Notes under the pieces: model-generated
The model's input: the letters and a program-made list of their open reading frames with translations, nothing else
Databases searched by the model: none
What the model was told of the DNA's origin: nothing
Shown: positions 1 to 8,788 of the stretch, in pieces
Layout: the number at the start of each line of letters is the position of its first letter
Numbering within the stretch: the first letter of the stretch is position 1
Assembly: GCA_048882505.1 (NCBI GenBank)
Contig: JBHLRO010000003.1
Span: 82,265-146,264, forward strand
Source: Candidatus Thorarchaeota archaeon
GTDB lineage: Archaea > Asgardarchaeota > Heimdallarchaeia > Hodarchaeales > Hodarchaeaceae
Length of the DNA stretch: 64,000 nt
Direction: 5' to 3'
Made by a program: the position numbers and the translations under genes

Positions 1-571
1 CATGAATCACCTTTTTTAACCTTGTAAATCCCTCAAGAACAACCAGACCAAGGGAGGAGGGGACCCATTCATAACTAATCCATCCTAGCTCTTTTAAATG
101 GGGTGGAGGTGGAGTTTTCACCCTCTTGGGGAGCAATCGCTTTACGCCAGGGATCTTAATAAGAAAAGGAAGTAACCTGAATAAATGTGACCTAATTTCA
201 AAAGGGGTGGACCAGAGCGTTAATCCTGCGATTGTGGGATGAGTTACAGAAAGAAGAAGCGCTATAATCCCGCCAAAAGAGTATCCTATTACAAATACTT
301 CATCACTACTAGCCTGGAGTGCAGCTACTTGATCTTCTGCCTGTTGATGCCAATCATTGTACACGACATCTCTTAAATGTTCCGGGTTTGACCCGAATCC
401 CTTTAGAGTGGGAAGTCCAACTGTCATTTTTGTTTGTTTATGGAGAAAATGTGCAAAATCCTTTAAATCCCGTGCAGAACCCCCTCCTGCTCCGTGGAGC
501 AACAAGCACCCCTGATTGGATGATCCTTCTAAAAAAAGTGGTTCTGCTCCCGGTAGGAATTTGAACCCCAT
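1..571 (-). CDS. Alpha/beta-hydrolase carboxylesterase, partial (C-terminus lies beyond the window start). It is absent from the ORF track because it has no in-window stop.
   Basis: The reverse-strand translation from the ATG at 571 reads MGFKFLPGAEPLFLEGSSNQGCLLLHGAGGGSARD...VFVIGYSFGGIIALLL. This gives an HG oxyanion motif and a GYSFGG nucleophile elbow (GxSxG). The start lies 14 nt downstream of the RidA stop on the same strand. Confidence 0.6.
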   Translation of the reverse strand, partial: MGFKFLPGAEPLFLEGSSNQGCLLLHGAGGGSARDLKDFAHFLHKQTKMTVGLPTLKGFGSNPEHLRDVVYNDWHQQAEDQVAALQASSDEVFVIGYSFGGIIALLLSVTHPTIAGLTLWSTPFEIRSHLFRLLPFLIKIPGVKRLLPKRVKTPPPPHLKELGWISYEWVPSSLGLVVLEGFTRLKKVIH

Positions 572-584
572 TTACATTATGCCT

Positions 585-950
585 CTATTCATCTAAGATT
601 GCAATGGCGTCAATCTCTATTTTAGCACCAAGTGGTAAGGCCGCTACTTGAAAAGCCGCCCTAGCAGGTGGGTCTACATCAGAAAAGAACGTTTTATAGA
701 CTTCATTCATTTGGGCGTAATCTTCAATGTTTTCAAGATATACAGTGGTCTTAACGATGTCTTTCATTATTGCACCTGCATCTGACAGAACTTTTTGTAT
801 CTTGACAAGGGATTCATGTGTTTGAGACTTAATATCACCTTGTAGGTCTTGCCCGATTTGACCAGATACAAAAACAAACTTCTGGCCACTGGCGATAATT
901 CCTGGGGAGTAGGGGCCTACCGTTGGCCCTTTTGCTATACTTTTTCTCAT
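585..950 (-). CDS. ridA: RidA/YjgF/L-PSP family reactive-intermediate (enamine/imine) deaminase
   Basis: The 121-aa protein carries the YjgF signature (SPGIIASGQKFVFVSGQIG...AAFQVAALPLGAKIEIDAIA) and has the size typical of the family. Confidence 0.85.
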   Translation of the reverse strand: MRKSIAKGPTVGPYSPGIIASGQKFVFVSGQIGQDLQGDIKSQTHESLVKIQKVLSDAGAIMKDIVKTTVYLENIEDYAQMNEVYKTFFSDVDPPARAAFQVAALPLGAKIEIDAIAILDE

Positions 951-1061
951 TCTATTTCACTATATGAAATTCAATCTCGTGAAATTTAAGCATAGATATC
1001 CCCCTTTTGAGTCTTTATGATTGGTCGTGAAAGAATTTAAAATCCCGCGAACAAACCTAAA

Positions 1062-1289
1062 TTATAAGGTAGATGGTCTGACTGTTGATGATTCCTCTAC
1101 CCTAGAGATTCTGTCCTTTGAGAATGGTAAATGCCTTTGAGATTTTGACTTATTGATATTTAAGAGCTCTAAAATCTTTTTGGGAAAGAAAAACTCCGAT
1201 CCACATGCGTTGCACTTGAAAATACTCCCGAGGCGGGGAACCAGGTGACAAATTCCTTCCACACAATCAGGACAGCTGAATGTCACCAT
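1062..1289 (-). CDS. Small zinc-ribbon protein (CPDC...CNAC)
   Basis: Two CxxC pairs spaced for a Zn ribbon sit in a 75-aa ORF. The surrounding sequence has no other obvious coding signal. Confidence 0.35.
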   Translation of the reverse strand: MVTFSCPDCVEGICHLVPRLGSIFKCNACGSEFFFPKKILELLNINKSKSQRHLPFSKDRISRVEESSTVRPSTL

Positions 1290-1468
1290 AGCAAACCACT
1301 TTGTAGGGTTACTCCGTTATTTCTGAAGAGTCACCCTTATTTAAACCTTGGTAAATTAAATACCGATGATACGCGTGTAATAAGCTTTGAGAACCTTGAT
1401 CCAAAAGGCCAACTAAAGGCATCCAGAAATGTCGTCATCTTAAGAAAGGAGGGTCTAGGTTCTCTCCC

Positions 1469-2191
1469 CTATATATTCTCTTTGAACGAGCTTCTTAAAT
1501 GCCTCTTAATCAATCTTATTGGTTCTGGTATTCGATGAGTAAGTAATGATTGTACTAACGTAAGGATGCTTGACAGAGAGACTAAATGCCCAATAGAAAC
1601 GTAAATTCCCTTGCTGAATCCCCTTTTTCTTATAAAATATGCGATTTCTTTATTTAAATGACGAACAGGACATAATTCGTGGTTTGAATTTTCTTTAATA
1701 TCAGTTGTTTCAGCTTGACCCCTAGCTATGGTACCGTATAGGCTATTTTTGGTAACCCCGAACGTAGGTACATTTAAATCCACCCCAATTTCACATGCTA
1801 TCCCAAAAAATCGAGGATGCTGAACTCCTGCCCCTTCAATTAATATAATATCAAAATTTTCTTCAAAATGCTTGATAACTTCGATCAGGGGTTTTTTATT
1901 TCGAATGCTTAATAGTGAGGGAATGTAAGGGTATCTTGTCTTTCTGATCGGACAACTAAAAACTGTGCCATATCGATGGCTCTCTAGATCGTACAAGATT
2001 CCGCCGGCCTGAATCCGATGGTTCTTCTCAAAAGCCGCAACGGACAACAATCGTTGAAGGGAAGATTCAATTGGAACCTCCTTAACCAGATGCCGCATTT
2101 TATATTGGTATTCAATGTAGGATTTTGTCCACGGAAACCTTCCGATAATCCTCAAATCATAAAGTGTAAATGGAACCTCTGAAGTGCTCAT
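1469..2191 (-). CDS. nfi: Endonuclease V (deoxyinosine 3' endonuclease)
   Basis: The EndoV motifs are present: YPYIPSLLSIRN and IEGAGVQHPRFFGIACEIGVDLNVPTFGVTKN (compare DGxGxxHPRxxGxAsHxGv..PtIGVAK). Confidence 0.8.
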   Translation of the reverse strand: MSTSEVPFTLYDLRIIGRFPWTKSYIEYQYKMRHLVKEVPIESSLQRLLSVAAFEKNHRIQAGGILYDLESHRYGTVFSCPIRKTRYPYIPSLLSIRNKKPLIEVIKHFEENFDIILIEGAGVQHPRFFGIACEIGVDLNVPTFGVTKNSLYGTIARGQAETTDIKENSNHELCPVRHLNKEIAYFIRKRGFSKGIYVSIGHLVSLSSILTLVQSLLTHRIPEPIRLIKRHLRSSFKENI

Positions 2192-2301
2192 CCTTGGACC
2201 ATACCCTTGTTAAGATTCGCATATTACTTGGGAATAAACTAATGAAAAGATTTGAGCTTCCAACGGTATATATACCCATTTTTTAACTGGGTGTTTGATT
2301 C

Positions 2302-4077
2302 ATGGCCGATTCTAATTCTCGGAAAAAACAGCTCCTCGCAGCGTTAATCTTCCTTATTACGCTCATTTCTGGATTTTTTCTTGCTTTTATTACGAATACG
2401 GGGTATGGTTCCATCCAGATATCACGCGTTGGCATTTCAGAGGATTCTATAAACATCAACGGGATAATTTATCGTCCACTTACAGCCACAATTAATGATC
2501 CCAGACCCGCAGTGGTTTTAGCTCATGGTATTTCAGGTAGCCAGCAGATTATGAACGGAATTGCTCTAGAACTTGCACGACGAGGATTTGTAGCTCTGGC
2601 AATTGACCTAAAAGGACATGGAAATTCAGGAGGAAGTCTTTCATTTAGCGATCCAACATTAGGAACCCTTTCAGCCGTTAGATATCTTGAACTACAACCG
2701 TTTGTAAACGGATTGAGTGTTGGACTGATCGGACATTCATTGGGCGGAGTCGCAGTCCGAGCAACGGCCTTTGCACATAAGAATATATCAGCTGTAGTTA
2801 CTTTAGGTAGTCAATCTGCCTGGGCAGGGAATGAATCCGTTTATGGGATTATAAACACAACCTTTCCTCGGAATTTCCTTTTTGCAGTCGGTAGATATGA
2901 TGAGCTGTTTGGTGATTTGAATGAATTAAGAATAGCCCTTATGCCTGTGTTTGGAACTGAATCCCCCGTTATCGCGAATTCGATCATATATGGGGATTTT
3001 CGTTTTCAGAACGCCCGTAAACTCGTGATATCAGATACAATTCATCTATTGGAACCGGCAGATCCCTTTATAGTTTCAGAGATTTTGTCCTGGATGGATG
3101 CATCCCTCTGGGGAGGTCGAAATGCTATTATCCCTTATGACAACCAGATATTTCTTATTCGAGAACTAAGCTTACTGGCTGTTACGATTTCTCTTCTATT
3201 GTTGATTGTACCTTTATCTAACATACTTTATGGATCGGAAGCGTTAAAGAATTCGCAGCCATCGGCCTTTAATCCAAAGAAAGGTTTTGATGGCAAACTA
3301 GGGATTTTGGTGTCTGGATTAACCTACGGCGGGCTGAGCATTATTCTATTTATCCCCATGGTGATAATTGGATTCGTTATCAATATACCACCCCTAATAT
3401 TCGGAGCTTCGACTGCGTGGTGGCTCCTTGCGGTCGGTTTGACGGGATTAGCGATGGTCAAGATATTAAATCGGCTATCCTTGATTAATGCAAAGATAGA
3501 CCTAAAGCGTTTTTTTTCTCACCTTGAATCGGAATTTATGTCCAGGTATACTCTTCTATTAGTCTTGGGATATTTCGCAATCCTATATCTTCTGATCCTT
3601 TTTCTGGAGATATTGACAGCTCTTGATCTTCACTTTATAGTCCCTATTTTTAATGATCTTTTCCCTCCTTCAAGATTAATAATCTTCGTTCTTTTTATCC
3701 CATTTCTGCTCACATATTTTGTTACTGAAGCTATTTTGTTCCTTGAACTCTCCCCTGACGCCGAGTTTGGTAAAGAAATAACTGGTAGTTATAGGGGTGC
3801 AATTCGATTGCTGGCTATAAGAACAGCACCAATAATAGCTGTGTTAGCCTTTCAATATGTTCCGAAATTCCTGTTTAATGTTCTACCTATAAGTTGGGGA
3901 TTAAGCCCCTTACTTTTTCAGTTCTTTTGGGTCATGTTGCCATTGTTTGCTACCACCAGCCTCATTTCATGGTGGGGATTCCGAGTTACAGGACGAATCG
4001 GAGGTGGAGCCTTGCTCAATACTCTTTTACTCTCTTGGATGCTGGCTTCCCAATTCCCGTTTGGATCGTTTTTATAA
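2302..4077 (+). CDS. Membrane-anchored alpha/beta hydrolase with a C-terminal polytopic membrane domain
   Basis: An N-terminal TM helix is followed by a hydrolase core (VVLAHGISGS; GHSLGG nucleophile elbow). The C-terminal ~300 aa are strongly hydrophobic, with about 8 predicted TM segments. Confidence 0.6.
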   Translation: MADSNSRKKQLLAALIFLITLISGFFLAFITNTGYGSIQISRVGISEDSININGIIYRPLTATINDPRPAVVLAHGISGSQQIMNGIALELARRGFVALAIDLKGHGNSGGSLSFSDPTLGTLSAVRYLELQPFVNGLSVGLIGHSLGGVAVRATAFAHKNISAVVTLGSQSAWAGNESVYGIINTTFPRNFLFAVGRYDELFGDLNELRIALMPVFGTESPVIANSIIYGDFRFQNARKLVISDTIHLLEPADPFIVSEILSWMDASLWGGRNAIIPYDNQIFLIRELSLLAVTISLLLLIVPLSNILYGSEALKNSQPSAFNPKKGFDGKLGILVSGLTYGGLSIILFIPMVIIGFVINIPPLIFGASTAWWLLAVGLTGLAMVKILNRLSLINAKIDLKRFFSHLESEFMSRYTLLLVLGYFAILYLLILFLEILTALDLHFIVPIFNDLFPPSRLIIFVLFIPFLLTYFVTEAILFLELSPDAEFGKEITGSYRGAIRLLAIRTAPIIAVLAFQYVPKFLFNVLPISWGLSPLLFQFFWVMLPLFATTSLISWWGFRVTGRIGGGALLNTLLLSWMLASQFPFGSFL

Positions 4078-4104
4078 ACCGATGAAGGCTGCTCCTGTAT
4101 GTAT

Positions 4105-5298
4105 TTAAGCTATTGACCTTGCAAAGTGGAACAGTTTATCCTTGTGTAGAGGTGCTGCTTTTCTAACCTTGGAAAGGATCACATTAAGTTCATCCGCTTT
4201 GAGATCTCTTCGGAACGCTTGTATTTCTTCTTTTGAGACGCTTTCATGTTGAACCAAGCGAATGAGATCTCCTGATTTTGTCATTAATCGGCCAATATAA
4301 CCGTGTAAGACGGTTTCGTGCGTTTCCTCGGGAGCTATCTGTAATGTATGAATTAGATTATCTACGCTCGGTGTGTTTTTGAAATGGGAGTAAATTTTTC
4401 TATTGTCAACATCAACCCGCGTTATATTGGCTTTTTCATACCGCCTTAGAAAATCAACTTGAGAGGAGCAGATAATTAGATCCTTATCCTTAGGATCCAG
4501 AAAATTTGTCGCATAATCACGTTTTAATGACCGATGCGGCACCAGAAGCGCGATAGACTCAGTAACCTTATGAAGGATCTCCTTAATCTGACCGTAAAGG
4601 ATGACCGGTTCCTCTAATAGTAACGCATAGATAATCTGTCCTAACTGGTCAGGAAAATATTGAAATAAGAAATCTAAATCACCTGTCTCAAAGTTTTTGT
4701 CAAGTGATCTCTGAATACGCGCTTTAATATCGGTAAAAGTCTCGGATTGCGTTGAATTCCTTTCTATTTGTGTCAAGATAATATTCTTTAATCGAGGCTT
4801 TAATTGGTCGAATATTGTTGTATCGATAATTAGATCTTCCTTTCTATAAGCTGTGTACGAGTGTTCTACTGCTTCTTGAACTTTTAGAAGCGTACTATAC
4901 CATGCTTCGGAATTAACATTCTTTGTAATTGCAAGTACAGAAAAAACCGCTCCAGATCCAGCCATCAATAGTGTAGAACTCTTGGTTTGAAAGGAATCCA
5001 GCTCACCTATCTTTAAATCAGTGGACATACCTCGTAATGCAGCGAGAAACCCACCGAAGAGAACTTCGTCTATCTTCATAGAGTCTTCAAGGTTTACTGA
5101 ACAGATGGGTATTCCTGAGTTTTTTTCCACAACCCATAGGCCCATAAAGTCCTCAACGCTTGTCCTGTCACCGAGTGGCTCAGTTCTCAATACAGACCAC
5201 GATCCAAAGAAGTTTAAGACGAATGAATATGTGAAATGATTTAATCTCACTCCGATTTCAATCCTAAAAAAATTATCCAAACTGATGAATGAAGACAA
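4105..5298 (-). CDS. Roadblock/LC7 (longin-like) N-terminal domain protein with a C-terminal region resembling a cDENN core
   Basis: Residues ~50-125 (GLWVVEKNSGIPICSVNLED...DEVLFGGFLAALRGMSTDL...TLLMAGSGAVFSVLA) match the MglB/roadblock pattern. Downstream, IIYALLLEEPVILYGQ...ESIALLVPHRSL resembles the cDENN signature (ALLxExxvlfvSs...aLlyP). The domain calls are by eye only. Confidence 0.45.
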   Translation of the reverse strand: MSSFISLDNFFRIEIGVRLNHFTYSFVLNFFGSWSVLRTEPLGDRTSVEDFMGLWVVEKNSGIPICSVNLEDSMKIDEVLFGGFLAALRGMSTDLKIGELDSFQTKSSTLLMAGSGAVFSVLAITKNVNSEAWYSTLLKVQEAVEHSYTAYRKEDLIIDTTIFDQLKPRLKNIILTQIERNSTQSETFTDIKARIQRSLDKNFETGDLDFLFQYFPDQLGQIIYALLLEEPVILYGQIKEILHKVTESIALLVPHRSLKRDYATNFLDPKDKDLIICSSQVDFLRRYEKANITRVDVDNRKIYSHFKNTPSVDNLIHTLQIAPEETHETVLHGYIGRLMTKSGDLIRLVQHESVSKEEIQAFRRDLKADELNVILSKVRKAAPLHKDKLFHFARSIA

Positions 5299-5466
5299 AA
5301 GAAGTTGAGAAAGAATTCTCTAAGAGCGAACAATCTATTTCACAAAACGGAACTAAATGATGTTCTTAACCAGTAAATTTCTAAACTACTCGTGTGTTTT
5401 TCTAGCCAATAACCATCAGTTCAAAAACACTTGGCCCAGAAAACGATTTTGCCCGGTTTAAGAAAC

Positions 5467-6444
5467 TTACAGGAATTCGCTAAGCTTTACCCTTGTCAAT
5501 TCTCGGCGATATCGTGAAATGCGATCATTTGCGAGTGCACAATATTCCTCGCTAGTGTCAAAACCAATGAAGCGACGCCCTGTTTTTAATGCAGCAAGCG
5601 CCGTCTGTCCACTTCCCATGAATGGATCTAAAACGATATCATTTGAGTAGGAATATAATTGGATACAACGATACGGCAGTTCAACCGGAAATGGAGCAGG
5701 GTGGCCTACGCGTTTGGCGGATTCAGTGGGAAAGGTCCATACACTTTTCGTGTATGTTAGGAACTCGTCTCGTGAAATCGTACTATCTTTGTTATCTACT
5801 CTTGGTCGTTTAAATTTTCCCTTTGAAAAAACCAGTATGTACTCGTGAACATCACGGAGAGTGGGATTACTTGGAGATTGCCAACTACCCCACGCGGTAG
5901 AAGTACCAGCACTGGCTGATTTATCCCAAATAATTTCCCCTCGCATCAAGAACCCTATGCGATCCAAGATATCGATAATATATGTATGAAGGGGGATATA
6001 GGGCTTACGTCCGAGGTTGGCGATATTAATGCAGGCCCTACCTCCTGAAACTAATGATCTGTAAACCTCTTGAAATACAGTCTCTAGGAATGAGACATAG
6101 TCGGATAGAGAGAGATCTTGATCATAATCCTTACCGACTGAGTAAGGGGGACTAGTAACCGTGAGATGAATGCTGTTATCGGGAAGCTGGTTCATCTGTT
6201 CAGCTGATTGACAATAGATCTTGTCTAGCAGATCTGGATCAAGGGGTGTTTCGCGGTACGGCCCTGATTCTTCCGTTTTTATTCCTGAATATAGTTGTTT
6301 ATTATAGAATTCCGAAGAATCGTGACCTTCACGACCAGAAGTCCCAAATGAACTTGTCTTAGTTCGTCTTCGTCCCTTTTTTTGACTCTTATTGGACAAG
6401 GAATATCCGCAACAGAGGTTTGTTTTATTGGGCCAACTTCCCAC
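5467..6444 (-). CDS. Beta-class DNA methyltransferase (N4-cytosine or N6-adenine) with an N-terminal basic low-complexity extension
   Basis: Motif IV TSPPYSVGKDY precedes motif I DPFMGSGQTALAALKTGRRFIGFD, which is the beta-class order. The HPAPFPVELPYRCI block is also present. The first ~60 aa are rich in K/R/S/T. Confidence 0.8.
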   Translation of the reverse strand: MGSWPNKTNLCCGYSLSNKSQKKGRRRTKTSSFGTSGREGHDSSEFYNKQLYSGIKTEESGPYRETPLDPDLLDKIYCQSAEQMNQLPDNSIHLTVTSPPYSVGKDYDQDLSLSDYVSFLETVFQEVYRSLVSGGRACINIANLGRKPYIPLHTYIIDILDRIGFLMRGEIIWDKSASAGTSTAWGSWQSPSNPTLRDVHEYILVFSKGKFKRPRVDNKDSTISRDEFLTYTKSVWTFPTESAKRVGHPAPFPVELPYRCIQLYSYSNDIVLDPFMGSGQTALAALKTGRRFIGFDTSEEYCALANDRISRYRRELTRVKLSEFL

Positions 6445-6533
6445 GAAACGATTTATTTATTTGCCACCGACTCAACACTGGAAATTGGGTGTTAGAAGTT
6501 AATTAAGTTGACATAAAGGTGGTACAGTGAGTT

Positions 6534-6950
6534 ATGGATTCCATAGCTCGGGAAATACGTGAACTTCATGATTTTTTTGCCAAATGGTTTAATGGCGAAA
6601 TCCCTCAAAATAAGATTGAATTTTCTCGCCTAGAGGAAGCTATTGCAGATGATTTTGTCCTCTTGTCCCCAAATGGTCAGAGAAGCTCACGAAAACAAGT
6701 TATTGCTCGTATATACTCTGCTTATGGATCGCATAAGAAAGATTCAACTCGATTTCAGATAAATATTGGAAACATCACGGTAAACCCGATTTCGTCAAAC
6801 TATTTCATTGCAATGTATGAGGAATGGCAAGAGAGCAATACCAAACGCACTGGACGTATCAGTACAGCACTTTTTCACAAAAATACTAGTTTGGTAAACG
6901 GAGTTGAATGGATCCACGTCCATGAAACGTGGATTCCGGATACGGTTTAA
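6534..6950 (+). CDS. NTF2-like / DUF4440 (SnoaL-like) small protein
   Basis: The 138-aa protein has an NTF2-like pattern (FAKWFNGE...DDFVLLSPNG...WIHVHETW). Confidence 0.45.
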   Translation: MDSIAREIRELHDFFAKWFNGEIPQNKIEFSRLEEAIADDFVLLSPNGQRSSRKQVIARIYSAYGSHKKDSTRFQINIGNITVNPISSNYFIAMYEEWQESNTKRTGRISTALFHKNTSLVNGVEWIHVHETWIPDTV

Positions 6951-7212
6951 TTATTCACAATTTCAGGAACCTTTTTTGACTCCACAATTTTATGAACAAT
7001 CTTTTGATGAATCGTGCCAAGCTATTAAACCAGTCCAGGCTGGAGCTACTAAGGGCCACGAGAAAAAAAAAATAAAAATATCGAGAAGGGAATTGTACAC
7101 CGAGGTAGATGCCTTGGAATTTTAATAAATTGGTCCATAAACATTAATTCCAGTTATCAATCCGAGGTAAATCCAAAAAAAATCCTTGCTAGGGGTAAGG
7201 GGGCCCAATCTG

Positions 7213-7227
7213 TTTTAAATATATATT
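7213..7227 (+). promoter_or_regulatory. Candidate archaeal TATA box/BRE upstream of pheS
   Basis: TTTTAAATATATATT lies about 55-65 nt upstream of the pheS ATG at 7280. Confidence 0.25.
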
Positions 7228-7279
7228 CGGAGAGCCGTGAATATCCCGAAGACCAGTATGGTAGCTCCAGGAGAGTCTT

Positions 7280-8776
7280 ATGTTGACAAAGGAGAAAATC
7301 GCGGTCACTTCTGATATGAAGGAAATATTACTGCATCTGGAGAAGAGTGGTCCTACCACAGTGAACACAATGGCCTCTGAAATTGGGTGGTCAAGAGGAA
7401 AAATCGAATTTGTGACATCCCATCTGAAGAAACAAAGATTAGTTTCCACGAAAGTCACCCCTATAATTGAGGCAAAGATAACCCCCGAAGGAAAGCAAAC
7501 TCATAAAGACGGGCTTCCTGAGCATCAAATCCTGGAAAAACTTTCAGAAATCCCCTCCGGTCTTTCAATTGAAGCACTAGTTGATTCCCTTGAAATGTCC
7601 AAACGGGCAATTAATGCAGGAATAGGCCAGTTGCGTAGAGCGGGATTGGTAAAAATAGAGAAAGGATTAGTATTTCCTCAGAAAACTAAAGCTCGCGCAA
7701 ATCCTGAACTTGAACTGGCCCTTGATACCCTTGCGAAGAATCCGACCGCCTCGATTTCATCAGAATTTTTCGAAGAACTCGTACGCCGAAGATTTATAGA
7801 AGCAAAGGAACGCCAAGAAACCTCCCTTGCCCTGACCCCCTTGGGTAAGGAGTCTTTGGCAGATTTAGAGATCCAATCTCGGGTTACCAGGCTGTCTCCT
7901 GAACTAATTCGATCAGGAAGATGGCGTGACCTGACGTTAAAGAGCTATAACATGTCTGCAGCGCCCAAGTCCGTTGAAACAGGTAGTAAACACCCATATT
8001 TGTCGTTTTTGGAGGAGGTGAAAATAAAATTGGTTGGCCTTGGATTTACGGAAATGCGAGGCCCCCCTGTAGAAAGCGAGTTTTGGAATTTCGACGCCCT
8101 ATTCCAAGCACAAGACCATCCAGCTCGAGAATGGTCTGACGTGTACATAGTAAAGGCACCTTCCCATGGCCGATTACCTAAAGATAAGCAAGTCATTGAA
8201 AATGTAAAACGGGCTCATGAAACGGGAGAACCTGTTGGTTCCCGTGGGTGGCGGTATCGTTGGGATCCTTTGAAGTCTGCACGACTAGTACTGCGTCCAC
8301 AAGGCACCGCTGTAAGTGCAAGAACCTTATACAAGATGCCTATTCCCTCCAAATATTTCTGCATTGCCAGATGTTATCGTCCGGATTCAGTGGATGCAAC
8401 GCATCTGTCGGAATTCAATCAGCTTGAGGGAATCTCATGTGATCCTAGTATCTCACTTCGAGATCTTCTTGGGCTCCTCAAAACATTCGCTATTGAAATT
8501 GGGGGCGCCACCGAGGTTCGGTTTAAACCAGATTTTTACCCGTTTACATCTCCCTCCGTTGAACTAAGTGCCAAACATCCAACGTTAGGATACATCGAAT
8601 TTGGCGGTGCTGGGATTTTTCGTCCGGAGGTAACGGCCCCATTTGGAATCCGTGATCCCGTCATTGCATGGGGTTTGGGAATAGATCGGCTTTTTATGGT
8701 AAAAAAAGGAATTGATGACATTCGCGAACTATTCTCCCAGGATCTCCGGTGGCTTCGCACCGTTCCAATTACGTAG
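7280..8776 (+). CDS. pheS: Phenylalanine--tRNA ligase alpha subunit, archaeal/eukaryal type
   Basis: The class II core motifs are present (FQAQDHPAREWSDVYIV; CYRPD; GAGIFRPEV). A long N-terminal winged-helix region is typical of archaeal PheS, and the 498-aa length fits. Confidence 0.9.
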   Translation: MLTKEKIAVTSDMKEILLHLEKSGPTTVNTMASEIGWSRGKIEFVTSHLKKQRLVSTKVTPIIEAKITPEGKQTHKDGLPEHQILEKLSEIPSGLSIEALVDSLEMSKRAINAGIGQLRRAGLVKIEKGLVFPQKTKARANPELELALDTLAKNPTASISSEFFEELVRRRFIEAKERQETSLALTPLGKESLADLEIQSRVTRLSPELIRSGRWRDLTLKSYNMSAAPKSVETGSKHPYLSFLEEVKIKLVGLGFTEMRGPPVESEFWNFDALFQAQDHPAREWSDVYIVKAPSHGRLPKDKQVIENVKRAHETGEPVGSRGWRYRWDPLKSARLVLRPQGTAVSARTLYKMPIPSKYFCIARCYRPDSVDATHLSEFNQLEGISCDPSISLRDLLGLLKTFAIEIGGATEVRFKPDFYPFTSPSVELSAKHPTLGYIEFGGAGIFRPEVTAPFGIRDPVIAWGLGIDRLFMVKKGIDDIRELFSQDLRWLRTVPIT

Positions 8777-8788
8777 AAGGTAGGCAAG

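Noticed and set aside
319-564. 81-aa plus-strand ORF in the track
   Set aside because: It lies antisense to a much better-supported alpha/beta-hydrolase reading frame on the minus strand (1-571) that carries clear HG and GYSFGG motifs. Its translation is low-complexity.
553-575. tRNA-like T-arm sequence GGGGTTCAAATTCC (reverse strand)
   Set aside because: No acceptor or anticodon stem could be built around it, and it coincides with the start of the esterase CDS. No other tRNA-like T-loop matches were found in the intergenic regions.
1245-1538. 97-aa plus-strand ORF
   Set aside because: It overlaps the ends of both the Zn-ribbon ORF and endonuclease V on the opposite strand and has no recognisable motif. 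It is probably spurious.
5467-6444. Possible restriction-modification pair (methyltransferase with neighbouring 4105-5298 as endonuclease)
   Set aside because: The neighbour shows roadblock/longin-like and DENN-like features and no nuclease motifs, so the methyltransferase is treated as an orphan. This was not verified by search.
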